Origin: Azolla caroliniana
Taxonomy: Eukaryota; Plantae; Polypodiophyta
Direction of reading: 5' to 3'
Assembly (NCBI GenBank): GCA_043228905.1
Contig: JBHGNT010000001.1
Span: forward strand, 36,766,001 to 36,830,000
DNA length: 64,000 nucleotides
Each line of letters opens with the position of its first letter. Positions within the stretch are counted from its first letter, which is position 1. The notes beneath the pieces were generated by a model. It saw nothing but the letters and a program-made list of their open reading frames with translations, was not told the origin of the DNA and did not search any database. Of the stretch, positions 40,226 to 50,800 are shown one piece after another. Both the position numbers and the translations under genes were made by a program.

Positions 40226-41071
40226 TGACGGGAACTCAACGCTCCTTATGCGCAACGCTCGGTCACAATCGAGCTTAGAATGATACACAGAAAAACGGGA
40301 AATAAAACATGACACAAAGAAGAGGAAGATACACAGGAGGTTTACGTGGAAAACCCCAAGCTAGGGGAAAAAACCACGGTAGCCCACAGGCTGCAAACTG
40401 TCACCATGTAGGAATATACAACACTGAGTTCACTGAGGCACCGACCTCGTGCTCACAAATTTTCGCCACAGGCGGCGGTTACAACAGAGGCAACGACCTC
40501 TTTCTCTCTCTCTCTCTCTCTCTCTCTGTATAGTTACGCACACTGATCTCGTGCAAAACAGAAAATGACAACTAAAAAACCCAAAACTACTAGTTTGCCC
40601 TAAGTCATATTTATACTAATATGACTTTTCGGCTATTTACAAATATAGCCTCGATGGACTATCAGAAAACATATTTACGAATATGTCTCTTCATCCGGTT
40701 CTCCGTAGCAGGGTACTCGTCATCCGGTCTTCACCAGGTCTGCATCATCCGGCTCTCCGTAGCCGGGTACTCCTCATCCGGTTCATACCGGGTCTGCACC
40801 ATCCGGCCCTCCGTAGCCGGGTACTCCTCATCCGGTCTTCACCGGGTCTGCATCATCCGGCTCTCCGTAGCCGGGTACTCCTCATCCGGTTCATACCGGG
40901 TCTGCATCATTCGGCTCTCCGTAGCCGGGTACTCCTCATCCGGTTCATACCGGGTCTGTACCATCCGGCTCTCCGTAGCCGGGTCCACCTCATACGGTTT
41001 CAGCCTCGGTCGAGTTTGTTCATCGGCACTGTTCTTCTCCCTTCCCATCCGGAGGGACCTGTCTCCCAACA
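40226..41071 (-). mobile_element. Solo LTR of a different family inserted in the copia gag
   Basis: TG...CA ends (TGACGGGA / TCCCAACA). 5-bp TSD AGAAG at 40221-40225 and 41072-41076. Gag reading resumes across it (EEECRKK|KCETAS). Orientation inferred. Confidence 0.85.
40692..41000. repeat. GC-rich 54-bp minisatellite, ~5.7 copies, inside the solo LTR
   Basis: Unit CATCCGGCTCTCCGTAGCCGGGTACTCCTCATCCGGTTCATACCGGGTCTGCAT starts at 40692, 40746, 40800, 40854, 40908 and 40962. Confidence 0.95.
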
Positions 41072-44000
41072 AGAAGAAGTGTGAGACGGCTTCCACTAGC
41101 CGACAACTAACCAATTACGCCACCAATTCCGAGTATGATGACCATGGCGGAATATTTGTGATGAGACATAGAGCCAATTCTATGTCGGCCTCTACTTTGA
41201 CTAGTGTCTCCGGTCCGAAAGATGTATGGTTCGTCGACTCTGGTGCTTCGAACCATATGACGTCTCATCAAGAATGGTTTCGAGACTTACGAGAGCCGGA
41301 TCGACCCAGCTATGTCGAAACCGGAGCTGACACTACTCATCCGATTTGGCATATTGGTTATGTCCCATTCAGGAAAGAGACCGAACAAACTTGCATAAAA
41401 AATGTCTTGCATGTACCGACCATAACGAAGAATTTGGTCTCGATCAGCCAAATTGTTGAGCAAGGCATGCAAGTTGAAATCAACCAAGGTGGTTGTTTCA
41501 TCGAGAAGGAAGGCCGACTAATCGCTCGTGGTTGAAGGGAAGGTTGAATGTTTATCCTCGTGTCGAATGAGGTGAAATCGGCCATGTTTTGCTGACACTA
41601 ACATAGAGTTATGGCATAAAATAATCAACCATATCAATCTCAACAAACTCAAGGCAATGCAATCAAAAGGAGTCGTCATCGGGCTCTCGACCTTCAAAGA
41701 GAAAGAGATTGAAGGAGTATGTGGAGCATGCCAATTCGGCAAGTAACATTGGCACTTGTTCCTGAAGGAGAGGAACGTGAGCAAAGGCCTATTGGACGTA
41801 CTCCACTCGGATGTGTGGGGACGGGCACAGAGGACCACATTCAGAGGATGTCGGTGCTATGTTACCTTCATCGACGACTTCTCTAGATACACATGGATCT
41901 TTCCCATGAGGATGAAGAGCGAAGTGGTTGCATAGTTCCAAAAATTCAAAAGTGAAGTCGAAAAGACAATTGGCTGCCATGTACGATGTCTTCGGTCAGA
42001 CAGAGGAAAGGAATACTTCTCTGATGCATTCGCGGCATACCTTCGCCAAGAAGGAATTCAACGAGAATTCATTTGTCGCCACACATTGCAACAGAACGGT
42101 GTAGTCGAACACAAGAATTGGCACATTCTCGAAGTAGGACGAGTCATGCCCAACGGGAAGCACATGCCGAAGTCATATTGGGCTGAAGCAGCAAATATTG
42201 TTGTCTACCTCATGAACGGGTGCACAACATCCAAAGTGCATGAACTTACCCCTTACGAGAAGTATTATGGACAGAAGTTGAACCTATCCCATGTAATGAT
42301 ATTCGGCTCAATCGCATACGTGGATATTCCCGACGAAAATCGGCAAAAGCTAGATCCCAAGTCAGAGAAGTGTATCCTTGTAGGGTACTCACTGGAGCAA
42401 AAGGGATAGAGGACGAAGATCGACTAAGGCATATGTTCGAAGAGGCTTAGTGGGCCACAAGAGCCCCTGAGTGATTAGAGAACATTTCGACCAAGTCCGA
42501 AGATGGACAAAGGCAAGGCCAAAATGTTGGAATATGAAGACGACCAATTTGACGACAATGACTCGACTCACTCATTTGACATTGAGTTCGGTGGCTTTGA
42601 TGTGCCTCTTATGAGGTCATCCGACGTTAAGAAAGCACTCACATCGGCAAATGAGAAAGTTCGTCACTCCACCCGAGATAAAGAATACGGTTAGCTGATT
42701 CGGCAACAACGACTATATGGCATACCACTATGCCTTTATGATGAAGGTGGCGACAACTCGTGAATCGGAAAATTTTTCCTAGGCAGCCAATGATCCACGA
42801 TGGGTCAAAGGAATGAATGAGGAGATGCATGCACTATGCAAGAACGAGACATGGGATCTCATTCCCCACTCACCACACAAAAAGACGAAAAGTTGCAGAA
42901 GGATTTACAAGGTGAAGTAGAATGTTGAGGACATTGTCAATCGCTACAAAGCGCGACTCGTAGCAAAAGGATACGCAGAAGCACACAGAGTCGACTATGA
43001 AGAGACCTTTGGCCCGGTGGTAAAAATGACGACCGTGCAGACCGTGATTGCACTTGCAGCAACGAAAGGGTGACACTTCCATCAAATGGACATCAAGAAT
43101 GCCTTTCTTCAAGGTGAATTAGAAGAGGTGTACATGGTACAACCACCCGGCTTCGAATCCAACATCAATCCGAAAGCAATCTGCCGACTTAAGAAGCCTC
43201 TCTACGGCCTTAAGCACGCACCACGTGCTTGGCACTCGAAGATAACACATTATCTTCATCGAATCCGCTTTAGAATGTCGAAATCCGATAACTCCCTATA
43301 CATACGAAGCAATTCTGGAAGCCCGATTGTCATCATCCTATACGTGAATGGTCTGGTCATTGGAGGTGAAAATCTATTTGACATCAACAAGCTCAAGTCC
43401 CTCCTCTTCGGCAAATTCGAGATGACGAACATGAAAGAGCTCCATTACTTCCTTGACATCGAGGTAATCCGGACTCCAACCGGCGTAATGATCACCCAAC
43501 GACACTACATCCATAACTTATTATACAAGTTTGGGATAACTAAGTGCAAATCTATGGCAACCCCTCTTGATCGAAACCTCAAACTAGATGCCAATTCTGG
43601 CACCACATAGTGTGAGCAGACACACTATCAACAACTTGTTGGTAGTCTTATCTACATCACGATTACTCGACCCGACCTCAGCTATCTAGTCGGCCTCCTT
43701 AGTCAATTCATGCAAACTCCACGAGATATTCATTTGGATTGTGTTAAGCAAGTGTTACGATACGTGAGTGGAGCGTTGGACTACAACATTCTCTATAAAT
43801 TGGTCAGGCCAATTCAACTCGAAGGGTACACAGATGCCAACTGGGCCGGCTACAAAGTCGATCAACGATTGACCCTCGGATTTGTTTTCTCCCTCGGTAG
43901 TGGAGCAATATCATGGAGTACCAAGAAGCAGTTGATTGTTGCACTTTCCAGCACAGAGGCCGAATATAGGGGCGCGGTTGTGGCTGCATGTGAAGCCGTA

Positions 44001-44819
44001 TAGCTCAAGAGGATTTTGAAGTATCTAGGCGTTCCCATCAAGGATCCGACTCCCCTTTATTGCCACAACATGAACAATATTTATCTGGCTCGGAACCTGG
44101 CATTCCATGCACGCCTGAAGCATATTGAAATACATTATCACTTCATCCTAGAGTGTGTTCAGGCTGGAGATTTCGACCTTCAAAACATCAACACAAATCT
44201 TCAAACAACTGACATCTTCACCAAAGCCTTAGGAGCCGAGAAGCTTCGACAATTCATGTCAGACCTTGGATTAACGATCCTTGACTTGCCAAGCTTGAGG
44301 GGGAATACAAACCAGACATTTGCCGAACTGGATACCAGCCGACACGGACATCAACCAAAAGGAACCGACCCGAGTTGACCTTGAGGGGGCATTTTGAGAA
44401 TCACACTCAACCTAGACTAGTGTGTGAACACACCTTTGAGAATCTATGAAAACTCAAAGGTCAAAAGTCACCACTACTATCTACACATTGACTATGTGTC
44501 ATAGAATCATATTCTATAACACATAACTAATTAGTTTCCACATTCCCCATGACCCATGAGCTTTGGTAGTTAATGAAGAGATATGATGACAATATAAAGC
44601 ACCCTCCTCCTACTTTGTAATGTGTCGGTTGATCTCCTTTGTAATATACTTCTTCTTGAGTACTTAATTTTCTCTTGTCTATCTTGTGTTTTCTCTCATC
44701 TCCCCTCGTCTCCTCTTCACACACACACACACCTCTTCTGCTGCACAGAATCATATATGATTCATTACAATATATATATATATATATGGAGTAAAAGAGG
44801 TGAGAAATTAGGTTTCCAA

Positions 44820-45040
44820 CCCAAGACATAGTGTTAATAGTGCTATAGTTTGGATGCATATGTAACGTAGAGCTTACATTTCCGGGATTTGGCTCGCTCA
44901 AATTGGGAAACCTCGACGTTCTATGCACCTAAGACATGGTGCTAATAGTGTTGCATCATATAAATTGGAGGCACATGTAATGCAAACCTTACAATTCCAG
45001 GATTTGGCTCGCTGAAATTCGGAAACCTCGGCGTTCTATC
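44820..45040. repeat. ~110-115-bp tandem duplication
   Basis: AAGACAT.GTG.TAATAGTG...GGATTTGGCTCGCT.AAATT.GGAAACCTCG.CGTTCTAT occurs twice. Confidence 0.8.
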
Positions 45041-46064
45041 TAGAGGAAGAATGATAGGAAATGCAGAGGATTTAAAGGGATAAAAAGTAACCTAACACTA
45101 TTATGGGGAACTTTCTTAAATAAGAGAGAGAGTGTGTGATGTCAAATTTACAAAATCTTGAATTCAGTCAAATCATAATGACATTGAGGGAGCAACAATC
45201 CAAGAAGATTAATGCACGTTGCCTACATAATTAGCATAATGGTAAGTTGCTTTTCTATGGCTTGGTCTTCGGCAAAGTTAGTAGGAATCTAGTTTACCTC
45301 TCTCGTTGTGAGTGTCAAGAGTTTGACGAAGAAGATAACCAAATGGACAAGAAAGAAGATAGTACTAAAGGAAAGACTCCATAACTGGTGTTGTTCACCT
45401 TGAATTCCTTCAAGGTGAACTCCTCTATTTATACTACATGGCATGCATACTTGTTGCACGCATGTGAATCTACAATAGAGCATGTAGGTATGCATGCATG
45501 TGCCAAGTGTAAATACTACAAGGGAGCAACTATGCACATGATGCTAGCAAAATAATAAGGAACAATTACATACATAACTAGTACTAGATATCTTGGTTAA
45601 CTCATAATAGTAGATTATAACATGGTCGTGTCAAGAGTTCGAATCTTGACAGTGAGGTGGAGAAAGGAACCCCAATAATCTACTCTCGAGGGGATAAAAA
45701 AGATCATATATTTATTTATTTTTCCATAAAAAATATGCTCCATTGGTACTACAATTAAAAAGGCCAAAAGCACTATACAAATAATATATAATGTTTGTTT
45801 CATCTCCACAAGTACATATCATCAAAGAAAGGACCAAATATAAGCGATGGCATTTGGCAAGATAAGGATAATTATAATCCATGAATACAACTCTCAGCCT
45901 TTGCCAATAACACCTATGCTACGACAAGCTAGGAGTCCACATATAAAGGTGATAGAATCGGGGACCATACTGTTGTCGTGAAAAATCAGTCACTACATGC
46001 GGATCCACCGAGGTCCTGGACCGGAAGATTCAATGTTTTTAGCAGCGTAAGCGAGAAAGTATTG

Positions 46065-48350
46065 AAGATAGATAGATGGATGAAGAGAGAAAGAAAGAAA
46101 GATATATTAACGTCTTCTAAGGCCAAATTTGGCCCATGAGACAATTGGTTTACAACAAAAGAGTATTTATCCAGTCATCATAACTAAAATAAAATTAAGT
46201 AAAAAATAGAACTTAAACTAAAAGAGTTCTAGTAGTGTACAATACATAGTATACTCGAAAGTGACTATACACTAAGCCTAATTTTATTTCCACCCAAGCC
46301 TCTCGAAAAGAAATGGGGGGTCAAAGGGTCTTGATGTGGGTGTGACCCGTGGTTCCAATGTAGAGAGTGCCCTAGCCATGGCTTCTAGGCGGTGTAGCTC
46401 ACGTTCCCTTATTTTCAATATTGCTTCCACATCACGTCGAGTTGCTTTGAAACCCGGCACCTGAGGACGTCTGGTTCTTCTCTGGTTTTCTGCCTCATCA
46501 ATGGAAAGGCCGAGTGGTGCAAGTGTGTCGGCATTCGTTGTCTCCTCCTGTTCCTGAAAAACTTCATTTGTTACATGTTCGTGATCATTAGCAACATTAT
46601 TGTCAACATTTTGTAACTTATTCTCTCTATGTTGTTTTAGCTCTAGAATGTATTTGCCTAATTTCTTTATATCTAGAGTATCTAATAGTTTGGGGAGGGT
46701 TGGAGACGAACCAAGTATGTCTTGGTATTTTGCCCTTATCTCGGCATAGGTTGGACACTTGCATGTAAAGTGGTACTCATCCTCTATCTCTATGTGACAT
46801 AACCTACATATCCTTTCCTCCCTAGGGACTCCACTAGTACGGCCATTCTCAATCTCAAGTTGGTGAGATGATATTCTAAGTTGTCCAATGGCAACCCTTA
46901 GTGCATGTGGTAAGAATACATCTAGATATTTTGGCCGCGTGATAAAACCTAACTCAGAGAAGTGCATGAAGTGTTTCTTATAGTACAACATTTTAGATGG
47001 GAGTGGCTCTAGTGGGGTGATCCATTTACACCGAGTGTAAATTTGCCATATTTCTTGGCGTATTACTTTATTGCGATCCTCATGAGAGATTAAAGTGTTA
47101 TCACTCGTGTGGTTGTACCTAAGGGGAGGTAGGTTATTAATGTTTAGACCATTCGCAAGAAGCCAACTCACCATCATGCCATACCATGAGCTAGTATAGC
47201 CGGACTCATACAGTGATCGAGAGGCCTTAAAGGCTTGATGAGATATTCTATCATGTGGTTGGCTATGTATCCTGTGAATGAAGACTACAAGTTGAAAAAG
47301 TGCCTCTACTAACATTGGGGGTAACGTGAACTCAGCCCTAATAATGTCATGTGGTACAATCGATTTGCTTCGGAGTTGGCGTGATAGCATCATCACCAAT
47401 GGTCTCTCTAATTGCGTCCACATGAAAGATGGTAAACTTGGAGCCGAAACCGCTGATGCATACATGAGGGAGGGGGTCACTAATGAGTCAAAGAGCCACC
47501 CTTTAGTCCGTGGCTCTTGAAAGTGTGCTTGGTGGCATTGTCTCTCTAGGAGTGAGAGGGATGCATGTCCTCTCGTGAGTCTATCCTTCGTTGCCTGTGT
47601 CATCGAAAATTTAGCTGAGCGGGCACTAAAAGTGACTTCGAGATAGACGTATGATCCAACCACCTCGACTGGGCTATGGGAGATAGTTAGGTGACACTTA
47701 GCTCTAACTTTCGTTTTCCCTAGATTCACTACCAATCCTCGTTGTACACAAAAGTCATCTAAGGCATTAAGGTGCCTTTGTTGGTCGTGTTCGGATTCAG
47801 AGAGCAAAACTATGTCATCCGCATAGAGAAAGATACGAACCTGCGTATCCCCAAGGACCACTCCGGTGCCTCCCTCACGAGCAATAAAATCTGTGATCTC
47901 ATCAATGTAGATCCCAAAAAGCGTCGGTGATAGGGGGCAACCTTGTCTTACACCAATAGTGCTAGTGAAACGATTAGATAGGCCACCTGGGCATCGGACA
48001 CACCCGGACACTTGTTCATATAGTGCATAGATGGCCCATACCATATCATCTGGTATCCTCAAGCTTTTAAGTCTATCAAACAACCGCTCTCTAGGGACTG
48101 TGTCAAAGGCTTTGCGGAAGTCCACAAAACAACAATATAATTTCTTCTTGTGAGCCTTAGTTTGGTTAATTAGGCATCTAACTGTGAAGATATGATCAAT
48201 AGTGGAGAAGGCTCATCTAAAGCCAGCTTGTTCAGGTGCACGAAGGCTTAGGGTCTCCATATAGTCGCTAAGCTCTGCTTCCATTACTGCACCATATAAC
48301 TTAGCAAGGGTATGGCCTATCATAATGGTCCTATATGTATTTGGGTTCCA
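46065..48350 (-). mobile_element. 5'-truncated non-L1 LINE (RTEX/L2-like): RT plus C-terminal CCHC domain
   Basis: YRTIMIG...EQAGFR, then a frameshift, then CFVDFRKAFDTV, GVRQGCPLSPTLF, LYADDIVL, YVYL. C-terminal LRISSHQLEIENGR...REERICRLC..EIEDEYHFTCKCPTY in ORF 46284-48125. Microsatellite-like tail at about 46065-46105. No clear TSD. Confidence 0.85.
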
Positions 48351-50164
48351 AGAGAAAAATTGAAATAGATATTGAACCCTTGACTTTAGTTTTACGAGAC
48401 AAGATACATTACCATTAGGATAACTCAAATCTTTGATTAAAAGTTTCTTTTCTTTTTTTTGATTTTTTGATTTTTTTTACATCCTCTTTTTTTTTTCTTA
48501 CACAAGCCCAACTATAGGCTTTTATAGGTCTCTCCATGCAAAAACCATGGGCTAAACCCACAGGCTAAAACCTCAGGCTAAAACCATGGTTTTGTTCCCA
48601 CGGTTTCTGTATGTTTGCTTCCTACAAAATACTGAATATGAAAAGAAAATATACAAATTCTAAAATACTTAGTAGTGGCTTTAGTGGTAAGTAATTTGTC
48701 TCTTATCTTGGGGGTGCAAGGTTCAAATTCTTACTTACACCCCTAGTGAAAACAAAATTTTACAAGGCTTTAGTCTTGTATTTACAAATGTTTAACTGCA
48801 TATTACACCTTCAATCGACCTCCAATGAACCGATGGAACCTATAGACGATTTTGTTCGTTTCACACAAAGAAATCTTCAAGACACCATGCATCGTGATCC
48901 ACCTATCCGACCAACCCAATCAATTCGTCTGTCCGGACCAGTCCTGTGACGTCTGAATCCATCCAAAACCCTATTTGAATAAGTTGGTTGCATCCATTTA
49001 TCTAAGTTATAGAACACACAACCTTTATGTGCTCTAAACACATACATATAATATAAAGAGATATGGCTCTACTTATAAAATTTGGAATCCTGATTGTCTT
49101 ATCTATGTGGGATATCTCACAGTTTTGTTTTCTTCTTCTTCTTCTCAAACTTCACTTAGTTGTCTGTTTCACATGTAGTAAAATGCATTCGGAAGCTCTT
49201 GATGATATCTATCTTTTCGTACCAAGGTATTAAACTAATCTAAAATAGTATCTTTACTATTATTGTTTCATATCGTGTGTGAAGAACTACACTCGATTTT
49301 GTATGTTCCTCGCAATTTTCACACCATTGCCGAAAATCTTCACGACATCGTCAATCTCCAACATGTGAAAACAAGTTAGTGGCTCATCGAAACATCCATG
49401 TTCTATAAGCTCTATCATCATTGCATTCCATGAGACCACATATGTAGTTAGAAGCGTTTGAAACACATTTACCTTTGCCCCTTGTCACGGTCTCTAAAAA
49501 CTTCATGTTGTGTAAACAAAGTTGGTTGAACTTGATTCTGCATATAGTAAAGCTCTTCACCATAACCATAGTCAACATATAAACAAATTCTTGCAGTCCA
49601 AGAGAATACATTTCTTGCTGGTAGTCATGCTCAACCTACCCTAGTTAGTAGTCTGAAAAATCACAATCATCTACCTATAAAACAAAATTATCTATGTCCT
49701 CATCTCTTCAAACAAATATGCTTCGACCCCTACACCATCTTCACTCATCCTTATCACCAAACAAAATTTTGCTTCCTTCAGTATGTATCAACCATCTCAC
49801 CGCTTACCACAAAGGTCATGTACAAATAACAATAAAATAAGTCTAGTATGTTTGGTCATCCCCTCATGATCTGCTTCAGCGCCCCCCCCCCCCCCCTGCA
49901 TCGTCATGACGAGCGGATGAGTGGTGATGATGGTGTGGGGGTTGACGCAGATCATGAGGGGATGAGGAAACATTCTACACTCATTTTGTTGTTATTTGCA
50001 CATGACCTTGGTGGTAAAAAAATATCATATATTATAATGGAATGCTATGAGTTCAAAAAGAGCATGTGCTCCAATCGTTCAAAACTTAATTCTATTCTAT
50101 CATTTTGTAAACTATAAACCACAACTATAGCCTCTCATTACTATTTATAATAACCTCATATTTT

Positions 50165-50800
50165 GGAAATGGTTATGGGGACTAAAAGTGAGTAGGAAAA
50201 TTGTTTGTTTCCGTTACTTGTTGGTTCATAGAGCTATACCAATTTATGATTAGCAAAAAGGGAATGTAGACAAGATGTGCCCTTTCGGTACGGATCTAGT
50301 AGAGATTGATAAGCATTGTTTGTGGAGTTGTGGTTTTGTGATGGAAATATGGAAACGAATCATAACACTATTAATACCACTATATTCTCGAGCAATGTAT
50401 ACATGGGGAGCAGTATTATGGGCGGTGGTACAAGATAAACCAATGATATATGAACATGAGGAGGTTGTAGATGCTATTGCTATGAGGCATGGTTTGATGG
50501 AAAAAACATTGATATCTTTGAAGCCACAAATAGAGATTGATAAACCTCAAATATGGCAATTGGTAAGTAGTATCACAATTTGGTATATTTGGAAGACTCA
50601 ATATTTGATGGTATTTCAAAATGTGGCTGAAAGACTTGCCCAAATAATTTCTGGGATTTGGACAAAGACTTGTCCATAATCTCAGAGGTTCTTTGGATTA
50701 ATATAAAAGGTAATATGCAACAAGCGGAGCTCAAGCAATTGGAGTTTCATGTCGTATGGGACAAAGGTGTATTGTATTGACAAGGGCTACAAATAACACT
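50165..50800 (+). mobile_element. Decayed L1 3' fragment (zf-RVT)
   Basis: ORF 50275-50679: CPF...HCLWSC, IWYIWK. Near-identical peptide PQIEIDKPQIWQLVSS in the 61224-61469 copy. Confidence 0.85.

Larger units (their letters stand above)
37655..44769 (+). mobile_element. Full-length but degenerate Ty1/copia LTR retrotransposon
   Basis: 5' LTR 37655-39243 (split by a LINE). PBS TGGTATTAGAG at 39244. Gag about 39400-40225. Protease WFVDSGASNHMT. Integrase [24 protein letters not shown]. RNase H YTDANWAG, SSTEAEY, KHIEIHYHF. PPT GAGGGGG at 44383-44389. 3' LTR about 44392-44769. TSD ATATA at 37650-37654 and 44770-44774. Many stops and frameshifts. Confidence 0.93.

Noticed and set aside
40692-41000. 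CRISPR-like array
   Set aside because: Head-to-tail 54-bp units with no unique spacers, inside an LTR in eukaryotic DNA, with no cas genes.
45991-46025. CACTAC start plus GC-rich hairpin as a CACTA or Helitron terminus
   Set aside because: No matching inverted end or TSD was found in the window.
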